A stretch of 64,000 nucleotides of DNA from the human T2T-CHM13v2.0 reference genome, Homo sapiens. Within the stretch, counting starts at the first letter, position 1. Every line of letters begins with the position of its first letter. Below the pieces are notes generated by a model. The model worked only from the letters and a program-made list of their open reading frames with translations. It did not search any database and was not told the origin of the DNA. Below, piece by piece: positions 39,000 to 52,870 of the stretch. The stretch is taken from assembly GCF_009914755.1 (NCBI RefSeq), contig NC_060926.1; one strand, given 5' to 3'. A program made the position numbers and the translations under genes.

Positions 39000-40490
39000 A
39001 CACCGTGCCTGCTCCTTTGTAACCCTCATCTCCTATCTACATCCTGGGGTCTTTCTCTACTGCCCCCTCCATAGTTACCTCTACCCCTACCTTCAGTATC
39101 CCCCTCTCATTTAATTCATCCCCTCTGACTATCCACATGCTCAGATTTCTTCTCATCCAAAACCAAACAAGCGACCTCATTTGACCATACTACCCAGTCA
39201 TTCTCTTGAGCTTCTCACCATCAAACTTCTTGATTGAATATCCTCTGCTGACATCTCCAGCCAGTTCCTTATCATCCACTCACTCCTCAGCCCTTTGCAA
39301 GCTGACATCTGCTTCTCACTACTCCACCCTCTCAAGATTTACCAGTGGCTGCTTCATCATCAGGACTGTTCTTCGAATACCACACTATCATAGATCCAAT
39401 TCTCCAGAAGCAGAGCCTGAGATGACAGTTCATAAGCAAGTGGTCTATGAAGGCAGTGCCCCTGGGAGCTGGGGAGCAGGGCAGTGCAGGGGAAGAAGCC
39501 AAGCAAAGTCCTGCCAGGGAGCTCTAGTGTGTAAATTACACCTCAGAGTTGTCCCAACCTAAGGCAAGGGAGCTGGACTTTCACACTCCCCCAGAGGCAG
39601 TCACAGGCTAAGGGCTCACATAGGAGGTCAGGAAGTAAACTCCAGGCACTTCCTCCTCTCTGTACTCACCAGCCAAATCACTCCAGTAGCCTAGAGGCAG
39701 GCAGTCTTCACAAGAAGAGTCGCAGGTGTAGTCAGTTGGAGCCAAAAACACAACAAGGCTGGGCGAGGGACAGCCAGAAATACTAAAGGAGATCCAAGGG
39801 AAATTCATGGTACGCCAGCAGTGTCCGTTACCTCATGCTTTCTGTCTTTCTGCAGTGTTTGACAGTGTCAAACATGCTCCCTTATGAAATTTCCTCACCT
39901 TGGTTTTGTGAAGAGGACACCCCTGTCTTGCTGTTCCTCTCTTAACTCTGCTTCTTTTTGCTTTGTCCCCATTTCCCTCCCAGCTGCCCCCATATCTCTA
40001 TTTTGGTCATGTAGTGACTCAACTAGCTTTACAGCTTTAATTACCACATCTAAAATCACTCACTCCCAAATTCCAACTCTGAATGAACTTTCTACTTGGA
40101 TGTCCACCCAGCACTCCAAAACCAATATGTCCCAAAAACGGAATTATATTTCTTCTTCTGTGACTTAACCCTCAATTTAACTTCCCTGTCTGAGCATGTT
40201 CCTGAGCTATAACAAAAGGAAACAACTTTCACTCCTGTCTTTTCCTTGTCCTCATGCCCAAGCAGACCTGAATTTCCTCACATCTTTCATTTCGTTCCCA
40301 TTTCCTGTGTCACCATCTTCGTTCAGGTCTTTATTGACTCTTGAGCATATTTTCTAAGCAACTTTTGAACTGGTTTCCCTGCCTCTCCCTGCTCCAAGTC
40401 ATCCTCCACCTACTGCTAAATTAATCTTCTGAGAGTAACACCATGATCTTTTAACTTCTGCCACCCTACTTTTCAACCCTTCATTGGTTT
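39000..40490 (+). mobile_element. Degenerate L2 body interrupted by an LTR16
   Basis: ctttctgcagtgtttgacagtgtcaaacat (LSAVFDSVKH, compare the L2 RT motif LSAAFDTVDH) near 39846, and tctacttggatgtcc near 40091. Confidence 0.65.
39385..39830 (-). mobile_element. LTR16-family ERVL LTR
   Basis: ctccagaagcagagcctgagatg...gggagctctagtgtgtaaattacacctcagagttgtccc...ggcaaggggagctgg. Confidence 0.7.
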
Positions 40491-40493
40491 TAT

Positions 40494-40905
40494 TGTAGTA
40501 GAGACTTCTAGTACTCACCTATTCTGACTTCATTCTCCAGCCCTCTTGTAGCTGCATAGAACTATGCAATGAGTTTCGGATTGGGCTGTGAGTGAAAGGA
40601 ACAATATCACTTCTAGACAAAGGCATTTAGAAGCAAGCATGCATTCTCCAGGCTCTCTTTTCCCTGCTGTGGTGACCCTGGAAACCAAATGTTGAGATGG
40701 CAGAGCCAAAGACGGAAGCACCTGGATCCCTGAATCACCATATGGAGGATGGCCTGCTGTCAGCCTGGAGAGTAGTCTCACTGATGTTAGAGTTTGTGTG
40801 TGCTAGAAGTAAGCTATAGTGTGAAAATATTCTGAAAATACTTTCGCTTTTTTGTTTTTATTTGTTTTTACTGCCAAATAGCCTGACTTGTCCTGGCAAA
40901 TATAG
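40494..40905 (+). mobile_element. MLT1I/J-like MaLR LTR
   Basis: tcacttctagacaaaggcattt...tgttgagatggcagagcc...cctggatccctgaatcacc. Confidence 0.75.
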
Positions 40906-41168
40906 TAATTTTTTCCTACTACCCTCAAGTCTAGATTATTTAGTTTTGTATCCAAATTTCTTTAGAACTGACCCACATTTCCTTCCAGGTTCTTCTATTT
41001 CCCTAAAACCATTCTGCCCTATCATACCTTGGCCATTAGCCTTTCATAATTCTTCTTGACACTTATTTGTCTCCATTACCTACCCGTCTCCACCCTCCAT
41101 GTGCACACACACAGCTCCACTCCAACATTCAGCCTGTCCACTGTCTAGTCTCCCTTTAAGGTCCACAT

Positions 41169-41361
41169 CAAGGATCGACAGATCACAGCCCATAGGCAAA
41201 ATCCAGCCCTCCAACTGTTTTGTAAATAAAAATTTTATTGAAACACAGCCATGCCACAACCAGAGAGTTAAGAAGCCACAGCTGAGACCACCTAATCTGC
41301 AAAACCTAAAATCTTTACTATCTAGATATTGATTAAAAAAAAAAAAGTTTACTGACCTCTG
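41169..41361. mobile_element. MER58A
   Basis: ggcaaaatccagccc...tttgtaaataaaaattttattgaaacacagccatgcc...aaacctaaaatctttactatct...aaagtttactgacctctg. Confidence 0.85.
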
Positions 41362-44221
41362 TCTAGAATATCATCTCTCCTGTCCCCAAGCTTCCACCTT
41401 CCCCACAGGCCACTGCTCAGAAGTGATTCTCCCCTTGTCTGCATTCCTGCAGTGCCTAGTTGTATGTCTCCTGGATGTCAGACTAGCGGTAAGATCTCAT
41501 GTCATCTTCCCTACTCCACTCTAAGCACCAGGGATGGCAGGGCATGTTTCCTGTTTCTTTTGGGTTCTCAGTGTCCAGCACCTTGGCTCATAACATTAAT
41601 AGTAAGTATTCAGTGGACGCTAGAAGAAAACACAGACAACTCCTGAGACCTACAATGTATGAATGAGAAAAGAACAGGCAAGAAAAAGAACTCTACGAAT
41701 TACAGTGCTAGAATTCGAACACAGGGACTTTGTATTTCAAACTCAGCAAACCCTGTTATATAAATTTGATGTTCATATAATTATTGCGGGACATTAAGCA
41801 ATACCAAGTCTTCAGAAAATATATGTTTGCTTTTAACTTGAATAGTTTTGCTTTCCAATATGAACAATATGTAAATGACCTCTAAAAGCAATGAATTAAA
41901 GTGTCAGACCCCACTCACAATTTTAAACAGTGCTCTTTTATTTCAGATCCTGTGGCAAACTGGAAATAACCATAAACAAGAAGGTGAATGGTTTCTTATA
42001 GCTAATACAATTAACTTCACAGCATTTGAAAAAAAAAAAAAAACTTCATTTGCTTTTAAATGCTATTTTACAGATTGTTTCCATCATCACTACAAGCTAC
42101 ATTTTTTTAAAATTCTAACATTTATAAAGTATACAGAACTTCATAAAGACCCCATTTTCTGAATCACTTCCATGTGTAAAAGGACCCAGCCTAGTCTTAC
42201 CTTTCTTCTCCAGATACTCACACCATTGCCAGGCAAGGTGCCTTCATCTCTGTGCCTGGCTTTGATTAATCAAAACAAGGACTCTGGCCACCCTGGTCTG
42301 CAGAACACCCAGGAGGGAAAATTATTTTGATAACTAAGCTGCTTCTTTCATGTCAGCCAAAGATTATAGAAGATTCTGCTAAAAAATATTGGGAGCTGAG
42401 ACACATGTTCCTTGTTCAAAACCTCATCTAGTCATTGCTCAGCAAGGTATCACAAAGGAATGACCATTGCGAGGAGTAGCCGAGGGCAGTTTTCTCTCAC
42501 CAGCTTTCATAGCTGTAAAAAGGCAAGACCCAAGCTCATGAAAGAAGTGTTGCCCAAAATCTGGACTGATACTGATTCACAGTTACCAGGGTAGGATAAG
42601 TATGAAAGTGACAGAAAGCATTTAGAAAGTTTATAGCAATTCAACATCCCCAGGACATCCAAGCTGCGTGATTTTGTATTTTACTGATTATCAATCTGCA
42701 ATCTATTTGAATTTTCTTAAATGTTCCTTTGCCACACAGGGTTTAAGAAGCACTGCCTTAGAGAGACAAGTATATATAATCCAGTGCACCCTCCACACCC
42801 ACAAGATGGTCCCTACTGGACAGAACTTGGAATTCTCGTTTCCTGACTTTGCTTCTATCTACAGGAAGCTCATGCAATGAAATGGGGTGCTCTAGGACCA
42901 AAGACCCAAACCCACTCTTCATCCCATCACCCCAACCCCATCCCCCCAATGGTAAGTTGAGAGAGGAAAGTGTGTCCTTTCCACTGGCTTATAATCTGTC
43001 AAAAAGCAAGAAGGAAAAAAAGGGGGCAACTATGAGAAGAGGATTTCCCAGGAGGGCTCAGCCCCATCACAGGCACATGTTGGACCCATAGTGGGTCTGT
43101 ACATTTCTAGCACACAGACAATCATCTTTGTCATGTCTCCTCTGCGGACATAAATGCTGCCTCAAACCCTGTATTATCTTCAACCTATTTGCATTCCTTT
43201 TCCATAGTAGGAGACTTCATGTTTCAAGAGTGGATTTTTCTCCAGGACTTTTTACCTAATTCATTCCAGGACCAAACTATTCCAGGATACACTCAACCTT
43301 CAGGGGGAAAAAAATGGATTAAAAATAAAATTCATTCATCCATTGACTCCATAAGAAACACTCCTGGAAAAGAGGAGGCATTAGCAGAGATGTAGCTAAC
43401 CAATTAATAAGACTTGCCTATCAGAAGAAAAATGAAAACCCAGCCAGGAATTTGCATAAGCCCCCAGTCCAAACAGGAGAGAGATGAAAATGAATTGTTT
43501 AAACCAGAAAGCAGAAGTTAACACCTGTTAATGACTCGTTTGTTGGCTCACAAGCTGTTAACACTCAGACACACTGGTCGTTAAATGTGGTCATTACTTA
43601 TTTCAATGAAAAATTTATTAGAGCCCCCATCTGAAGATTTAATGGAAAGGCAACCCTCACCCTGCACACCTGGTATACCCCAAGGAGGCTGGGAGCAGGT
43701 TTCTTCTAGCTGCTATGTCTGGATAAAAAAATAAGTACTAAAAATAATCATCATGGCCATTCTGTTGCATCAATTACCTATTTCCCTCAGCAATCAGAAT
43801 GTTAGATGAGTTCTGATTCACAGCTGGATACCTAATAAGGACCACTTGAGTCTTCATTACTTTGTAGGACCATTATGTTTAAGTGGGTCTGTTCTGCGTT
43901 CTTTACAAGCCTGCTGCAGGACTCATTATTATTAGATAGACTTTCGATTAAGCTGAGAACATTTTTTCATCTTTTCGCCTTTTGCAGATAAAAAAAGGAA
44001 ATAAGAGGAGACAGGATGGAGAATTCACAGTGACACAAACTTAGGGAACTGGGGACTGGTGTTGAGTCATGGAGAGGAGTCACGGGGAGTATTATTTGTC
44101 ACTGGCTGCCCCAGGATCATCATCAAAAGGGCAGCCACCTGGAATGTCAAAGGGCCAGGAATTCTCAAAGAAAGAATCTTTTCTATCACAACACCTAAAT
44201 CCACCTTCATTGGTGGATTAT

Positions 44222-44223
<2 letters not shown>

Positions 44224-44266
<43 letters not shown>
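44224..44266 (+). repeat. Pure A43 homopolymer
   Basis: 43 uninterrupted A with no Alu or L1 body upstream. Confidence 0.95.
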
Positions 44267-44271
<5 letters not shown>

Positions 44272-44440
44272 TGGTAGGAGAAATTAAATCCCAGGAGCCT
44301 CAGCTAACCCCAGTTAAGAATTCCTGTTTTTTATGAAGGGGAAAGTCAACCAGAGGAGCACCACGTGCATCTCAGAGAGTGCTAGAAAGTACGTGAAAAT
44401 GTTGGTCTCTTTTCCCCACATACCTGGATCATCATGGGAC

Positions 44441-44625
44441 TGGATTGTCAGATGTAGCTCATAAAAACACAGGATGCCCAGTTCAATTGATAATTCAGGT
44501 GAATACTTTTTAGCATAAGTATATTCTGTGTGATATTTGAGATATATTTATGCTAAAAAAATTATTCACTGTTTATCTGAAAATCAAATTTAACTGGGCA
44601 TTACATATTTTATCTATCAACTCTA
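44441..44625. mobile_element. MER53 palindromic MITE
   Basis: ggattgtcagat...caggatgcccagtt...tttttagcataagtat mirrored by atatttatgctaaaaaa...aaatttaactgggcat...atctatcaactcta. Confidence 0.88.
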
Positions 44626-45071
44626 TATAGGACACTTGGCTATTGGAGGAAAGGAAACACTCTGGGGCTAGTAGTTCCCCAAACTCGTGGATCATGAATC
44701 ACCTGAAAGAGAATACAGATTACCAAATTCCACCCCTTGAAGACTGTGACCAAGGAATTTGTTGAAAGCTGATTGAAGGCTTTGAAGATAATGATGACAG
44801 TGATAATGATGAGCCAGTATGAGGCATCCAGAGTTCTACGATATGTCCATGTGACCCCTAAAATTAAAAGGAAAGTAGAAAGTTGATTGGTGAACTAAGA
44901 GCTGACAAAGGTCGGTCTCACAAGGTTCAGCAAAGCCCTTATTCATTCTTCAGATAGTTCCTGAGCTCCCACCATGGGCAGTGATGTCCTTGACCCCTGC
45001 CCTTGTGGGGCCCAAAATCGAATAGAGAGCTGAGAATGGAATTTAAAGGAGGACAGACATTTATGGAGGGT

Positions 45072-45605
45072 TGTAGGGTAAATGCACCTGATAGCAATAA
45101 CTTAAGCATACCCTTAGAATGACCATATATGTCAGATGCACCTGAAATGTGTGTTCCAAGCTAGGGAACCTGGGAGTGGCCAGAGATTGATTCCTTGTCT
45201 TTGAGTAACATTTGAGACCCCAGCCCGGCCTGTGGAGCACACACCGTACAGGGGATTGAGAGTTTTGAGTTGGATGAAGGTTGCCAGATAGAGGTCCTTA
45301 AGGGGAGGCTGTTAAGTGAAAATGCTTTATAAACTACGTGCTGTTTGCAAGTTGGTTGCATTTTTCCTGCTCAATCCATCGCCACTGGACTGTAGGTAAA
45401 GTGGATACATTGTCCAGCCCACTGCCACTCAACCATTTCTGTAGGTAAGGCAGATATCTTGTCCAGCCTGCCACCACTGGACTCTCTCCCCTGTATGTGA
45501 GTCCCTAATAAAACCCCATGTCTTGTTTGCTGGCTCTGGGTCTCTTCTGCAGCCTCTTGAACCACGTGCCTTCCCTATTGAGATGAATAGGGGTTCACCA
45601 CAACA
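45072..45605 (+). mobile_element. ERVL solo LTR (LTR47-like) with perfect 5-bp TSD, inserted in a MIR
   Basis: TG...CA ends. TSD agggt at 45067-45071 and 45606-45610. TATA-like ttataaa near 45327 and AATAAA near 45507. Internal ~57-bp repeats. Confidence 0.88.
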
Positions 45606-46339
45606 AGGGTAGTGTGCCAGGCACCACAGTGGTGCTTCCAGCCATCATCTCATTTGGTCCCCAAAGCAGCCTGTCCAGGTAGATACCACCATCCCCTCTG
45701 CAGATGAGGCCACTGGGGCTATAGAATTTCAACTTGACCAAAAGGGTAGTATTGGCAAATGACAGAGGACACATTCACACCCAGGCCAATCTGACTCTAA
45801 GCATCTGCTTTTTGTACTGCAAGCTCATATCCAATAAGCACCCTGTGGAATAGATTAAGTGTAGGAGACCTGGGTTTAAATATCACTCTGGCACTTCCTA
45901 ACTCTGTAAACTTGAGCAAGTTATTTCTGTGGTTTCCAAAATTGCTGCGCCTTACAACTACTGTCATTGTCACTCGCAGATAATCAAGAAAAATCTTCAA
46001 GCTGGGATGTTAATAAGAAAAAAAAAAGGAAAAAAAAGTTCACATTATTAAAATACCGCAGAGGTCAAAACAAAAGGAGATCAACAGAGAAGTCCCTTCT
46101 TCCTAAACCCAGATTCAGGAGTCAGGTTCTCCTCCATTCTTGAATTCATTCCCTGAGTGACTCTGAGTAGCAAAATCATTTTGGTTAATCCTTTGTTTCA
46201 GAAGGCATCCCTGCAGAGAAGCTGCCCATGTTTGGGCATCCAGTGGTGTCCCCCAAGGCCTCTCCTATATCTTAGCAAAGAAAGAAGAGTACAAGTGTGT
46301 AGGAATTAAATACATAAGTACTTAGGATTTTATGAGGCT

Positions 46340-46745
46340 GAGTATATCAGATTTAAGGCTTATGGACTCCAGATAAGCACTTCCTAAAGTCAAACTAGAC
46401 ATCTTGTCTGATATTTCCAGCCTAGCAATCATTTTATTCATCTGTAAAATGGCACTTCAGGTATTTCTCTGAGGATTAAATGCAATAATGTATTTAAAAT
46501 GCTTATTGCAATACCTGGTATATAGTTAGCACTCAGTAAATGTCAGCTGCTATTATTGTTATTATAAGTTTTCCCCTACCAAACTGTGAGACCCTTAAGG
46601 ACATGACTATACCATTCTTTGTGTGACCAGCATTTGCACAGTATCTGGCAAAAAGTGAGCACCAGGTGGATGTGTGAGTGGGGTGATGGATGGATGGATG
46701 CATGAATGAATGGATGGGAGAGTGGGTGGCTAGATGGATGGATAA
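46340..46745 (+). mobile_element. MIR followed by L2 3' end with (TGGA)n tail
   Basis: ttcatctgtaaaatgg...gaggattaaatgcaataatg...cactcagtaaatg, then ccagcatttgcacagtatctggca and gatggatggatggatg. Confidence 0.75.
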
Positions 46746-47031
46746 AGGAGTAGATTAATTCAAGTATGGATCTTCTGGCAATGATGACTGAGGAAAATCT
46801 TCATGGAGATGATGAGGATCAAGCTAAGCTATTATATTAAAGATAAGCCATGTGACAATTTTATGGTTTAATGCTTGCATAATACTTTCATTCTTTTCGT
46901 TATTCCCAGTAAATGACTTACGGGACATTAACATTTTGGAAAACATACCAGTCACAAGGTTTGGCTGATCAGCATAATTCTAGGCACACAGTGGATAACT
47001 AGCACTAATTCATTCAAAAATAATAGTTATT

Positions 47032-47222
47032 GGCCAGGGATAGTGGCTCACATCCGTAATCCCAGCATTTTGGGAGGCCGAGGCAGGAGGATTGCCTGAG
47101 CCCAGGAGTTCGAAACCAGCTTGAGTAACATAAGGAGACTGTCTTCACAAAACTTTATATATATATATATATACACATACATATACATATATACATACAC
47201 ATACACACATATATGTACATAT
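47032..47222 (+). mobile_element. FLAM / AluJ left monomer with (TA)/(TACA) tail
   Basis: Single left arm at 47032-47152, microsatellite tail, flanking repeat agttatt on both sides. Confidence 0.88.
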
Positions 47223-48637
47223 AAGTTATTTACCTTTTTCATAGTTGAGAAGAAAATGTTAATGGAACGTACAACATGTTTTAATCCATAATATTATTTG
47301 AGATAAAATCATATCAAAGAAAGAATAGAGCTGCTACCTTTATTCTGTCCTCACATTGCCTGGGTTTCAGAATCAGTGTGACTGCTGGCATAGCTTCATT
47401 TAAAAGAGAATGACTGGGCCAGTAAAATTTGAAAAGTACATTTTCATTTGCTCCAGTCTGTGCACGCTCAAAGAAGAGGGAAGAGAGGGAGAGCATATAG
47501 GAACAGAGGGAGCATAGGAGCAAAAGGAAGGACCCCAGTAGGAGAAAAGCCTGTAAATCAAGGGCCATCAGGCAAAGGACATGAAAAAGAGCCTGGCAGA
47601 GTTAAAATAATCAGTAACTAAGGAAAAACTAAGAGTTCAGAAAAAGCAAACAGGATTGCATTAATAATCACTTCAGAGGGCAGTAGAGGGTGGACAAACC
47701 TTGCAAGGAAAAGAGCAGGAGGGAGTAAAAATAAAGTGAACAGCTGCACATTCCTCTCTCAAAGCCCAGTAGTTACCTCAGCCGCAAGCTCTTTACCTTG
47801 CCCAGGGAAAGGGCCCCTAAAGGCACAAGCAGGAGGCAGACCAGCCCTCTGAGGAGGGAGCCGTGCCCAGGGAACTTTGAAAGTGAGCTGGCCCACCTGG
47901 GCTAGGGACATCACCAACTTGCTGGGCCATGCTGTAAATAGACGTAGGTGGCTGCCTACACCAAGAGATTTTCAGGGTCCAAGCCTGCATCCCGAAGAAA
48001 TAAATCCCCAAGCTGCTGCCTAACATCTGCAATTCTGCAATTACAGATTTGTTTCATCCAGTTCTTTGTTCTCAGTTAAAAGGAAGATCTCCATCACAAT
48101 GAGACATGAAATATTACCACCCATCCATCGTCATTGTGAATAAGCATAGCAAAACTTTTTCCAAAGGTACTTTGTTGATAAGACAGGTAAAGAGATCCTG
48201 AGCTCCAGGATATCTGTAGAAGTGTCCAACAGGGTGAGAAAAGGGTTGGGGGTAACAAAACCTGCTGGGATCCTTCGCATTCTGCTGGATACCATCTGAT
48301 GCTGAGGTCTAGTCTATAACAGAAGCCAACAAATGCTGACCCCAGAAGGTCTTTCTGCCCACTCTCATAATTGTCATAATGGTGCCAACTTGTCCTTCCC
48401 CAGAAAGAAAAACAATCCTAAAAATATTTCTATGTTGGATATTTTGTGGCTGAAATTCCCCTGAGCTCATCTTCCAAAAATAATGTCTCAAGAATGACAA
48501 ACTACTGATAATTATTAGAACTTGGTAATGAGTAATGGGTACCTTGAGGATCATAATATTCTCTCCCCCCTTGCAGATGCTTTTAAATATCCCGAAAGAA
48601 AGTGAAACAATAATCACTTATAAAAGAACATGTTTCT

Positions 48638-48972
48638 GGCCAAGTGTGATGGCTCATGCCTGTAATCCCAGAGCTTTAGGAGGCCAAGGTGGGAGGATCC
48701 CTTGAGCCTGGGAGTTTGAGACCAGCCTGGGAAATATAGTGAGACCTCATCTCTACTAAAAATTTAAAGATTAGCCAGGCATGGTAGGCACACCTATGGT
48801 CCCAGCAACTAGGGAGGCTGAGGCAGGAGGACCTCCTGAGCCCAGGAGTTCAAGGGTGCAGTGAGCCATGATCACACCACTATACTCCAGCCTGAGCAAC
48901 AGAGCAAGATCCCATCTCAAACATATACATATATAATATACATATATATATGCACACACACACATATATATA
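48638..48972 (+). mobile_element. AluJ with TA/CA tail
   Basis: Dimeric Alu with J features. Body ends at 48918. Confidence 0.95.
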
Positions 48973-49379
48973 TTTCCACTGAATTAATTCCACTGGATTA
49001 AAATGAATGATTGGAGAATAAACAACTCAATTCCTTAGATGGTTTTACCCACCCCCACCCCAACACAAATGCACGGCTTCACTTGCTTCTACTTGTCAGG
49101 GGAATAAGTCTATTGCTACTAAACTGAATTTTGCTTTTCATTTCCAAGTCTTGATGGCAGGTGGATATGGTCTGAATTGGCATCCATACTCAACTGAGAC
49201 TCTCATCTTTTTTCCAAATCTTTCACAGACTTCGCCATTCTCATTTCTCAGAGCTTCACTTTTAGCCTCTTATTACTAACCCCCTCCAGCACAGTTCTTC
49301 CACCCCAGCCTCCAGCCTCTGTCACCCCCAATCTTAGAAAACTTTCTTCTGCCTCACTTTCCTGCTGAAGGATGCTTCT

Positions 49380-49640
49380 TCTTTCTCCCTCCTCAACCGC
49401 TGATTTGTTCATCCTGTTTAATCAATTAATGCATTCAGCTGGCTCAATCTTTGTCACATGATAGCTGGCATTATTTAACCCTGTGGAGTCTGCCTTGTTA
49501 GAAGCAAGAGAAAAAAAGACAGCGGCCTTGCTATCTCCTGTTCAGAGAGAACTTTATGCTGATTTTTAAGACATGACTCATAATCAAACCACATCAAACA
49601 GGATTCCTAGATCAGCGCTCATTACTCTTTGGGATATATA
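49380..49640. promoter_or_regulatory. Candidate enhancer (AP-1/RUNX/MiT E-box/SOX motifs)
   Basis: ctttGTCACATGA at 49449-49461, ATGACTCAT at 49573-49581, AAACCACA at 49586-49593. No repeat recognised. Motif evidence only. Confidence 0.35.
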
Positions 49641-50109
49641 AGGTAAACATATGTACGAATTCACACTCAAGGACAACCAAAAAAAAACCTTTTATTGGGA
49701 AACTGTTATTTCTGTATCTCATCTGGAATCTTCTACCAAGAATGACTGATTTGAGCTAAACGTGAAAGTCAAACTGAAAAATAGAGACCAAGAACAAAAT
49801 CTCAATATGTGATCAAGAAGACTGACTAGCCCTCTGTGAGCAAATGCTTGCCAAAAAGCCCGGTCCAAAGAGCCAGGGTCATGGCTGACCCATCTAAAAT
49901 ATCTGCTACATCAACACTTGTGTTAACTCCTGTGGGTCAGAAAGCAAGAGGAGCTGCAAACTAAATGAAAGAAGCCAATTTTCTACTCTAACACTGCTCA
50001 AAAAAATCTCAAAAGCAGCTGGCAGGATAGATTTGCTAGAGATACTCCCAAATGTCTCTTGAAAGCAGGAAATAAAATCAATCCTTCTCAGTTTTTACTA
50101 TCGCTATGA

Positions 50110-50984
<875 letters not shown>

Positions 50985-51384
50985 TGAACCAAACCCATCT
51001 TCCTCTCCCTCAACCCTCATCACTTCTCCCTCAGACCCACCTGATTTTACTGCCCAGCTCCTGGCCATCTGGGCTGGTAACCTTGGCAGGCTGACCCCTA
51101 AGAGAAATTTAAACCCTACCAGTGGCATTGTTACAATAGGCCTCAAAGGGGAATGGAGTTCCCCAACAAAACAGTTCCAGTTGTTAGTTTATGTCTCTTC
51201 AATAGTTGAAATGGCTACCAAACTGATAAATAGCAGAAAATTGTTTTTGTTTCCTATCTTCCAAATCACAAGAACACACTTCAAGGATCACAACCCACTG
51301 TCTTCAAATTCCACTCTGAAAAGAAAAGCATTTTCTCTTTTAAGAAGAAATGTTAGAAAAGAGAAAATGCAGTTTATCAAACAT

Positions 51385-51605
51385 TTAAGAGCATGGCTTT
51401 GGATTAAAGAGACCTGAGGTTCAAGTTCTTCTTCTGCCACCTCCTAGCTGTGTGACTTCTGGTAACTCACTGCCTTCTCTGAGCCTTAGTTTCCTCATCC
51501 ACACAATAAGGATAACCGTCGCTACCTTGCTGGTCCCTAGTGAAAATTAAATGAGATCAAGAGACTTAGTACAGCACCTGACATATCTACACTCATTAAG
51601 TGTGG
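51385..51605 (+). mobile_element. MIR
   Basis: taagagcatggctttgga...ctgccacctcctagctgtgtgac...tctctgagccttagtttcctcatc. Confidence 0.85.
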
Positions 51606-52654
51606 TTGGTGTGGCTTCTGTTGCCAATTCTCTAAGTGGGAAAACAGGATAAATTGCAACTCATTCAGTGTCCCAGAGAGTTTGCCACCGAACAAGCAGC
51701 AATTTCAAAGTTCTAATTTCTTTTTCTTTGCTCTCTGAATAGCTCAGAAGGGATGGATAGGCTGTGAAAAATGTTCTCAGGCTGGTCAGTTTGAGATATT
51801 TCATTTCACGAATCTGTCTGTGAAAACTGCCAGCTCATTTCATTGATCAATGGCCATCCAGTGTTGGAGTTTAAGTTATTACCACCCTAAACTAAGGCTG
51901 AAAGAGATCCTTAGGAGTAAGAAGCTCCGAAAGGTACTCGTGGCTTCTTCAGAGACATAGCTAGGCTCCACAATCAAGCTTCAATCCGTTTTATGTGCAA
52001 TTTGCATTTGTACACGAACAACTTTTTCTCATGCTGGAATTTTCTCCACCAGCTTGTGGATGGACTTTTGTAGCTGCCTCAGATGATATTTTCTAGCTTT
52101 CTGTGTATGCATTTGCAGCTGTCCTGTCTCCCCTTCAAAGCACCCTGGCTTTTCAAATGTAAGCAGATCTAAGTGGACACTGTCAATCAATCAATCAATT
52201 GATTAAATATATATCAAGTACCTACTTGGTACAGTGTCAGGACTCTCAACATGGGCAAACATAAAGAAGAAAACACATTCTGTGGTCTTAAAGACTTGAA
52301 GTAACTAACAACAACACAGGTGAGTGGATCCTAATGAGGTAGCTCAAATAGTTAAGTGTCAAAAATTACTAGAAAGGAGATGGTCACTTCTGAGTTTAGG
52401 GATCTCAAAAATAATGTTAAGCAATTCCCACCCCATCCTCATCACCATTCCTCTGACAGAATTAAGAACAGAACTGTGCACGAAGTGGGTGCCTCATAAA
52501 TGCTGACAAATAAATGCTAACACATGTATTACATGTAGGACATGTTCTTGAATTGACGTTATTTCTTTCAGAAAATCTCCTCCTTGCAAGTAGCTTAGAT
52601 GCTGATTCCTCACAACTTATGAGATTTAGCACAGCAGATTTTACATGGTAGAAA

Positions 52655-52870
52655 TGTCACAGCGTTGGAGAAGGATGGGGTCACACAGACAGAGGTTAGG
52701 CTTCCAGCTTTGCCGCCTATTAGTTATAAAGTCTGAGCAAGTTACTTAACCTGAGTCTGTGTCTTCCCCTGAAAAACAGGAGTAAAGCCATCTCTTCTGC
52801 AAGATTTTTGTCAAGATTAGAAATAGTGTAAATAAAGCATGCAGTGACACATAAAAGTGCTAAATAAACT
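52655..52870 (+). mobile_element. MIR
   Basis: gagcaagttacttaacctgagtctgtgtcttcccctgaaaaacaggagtaaa. Confidence 0.75.

Noticed and set aside
44059-44287. Poly-lysine ORFs
   Set aside because: Translation of the A43 homopolymer.
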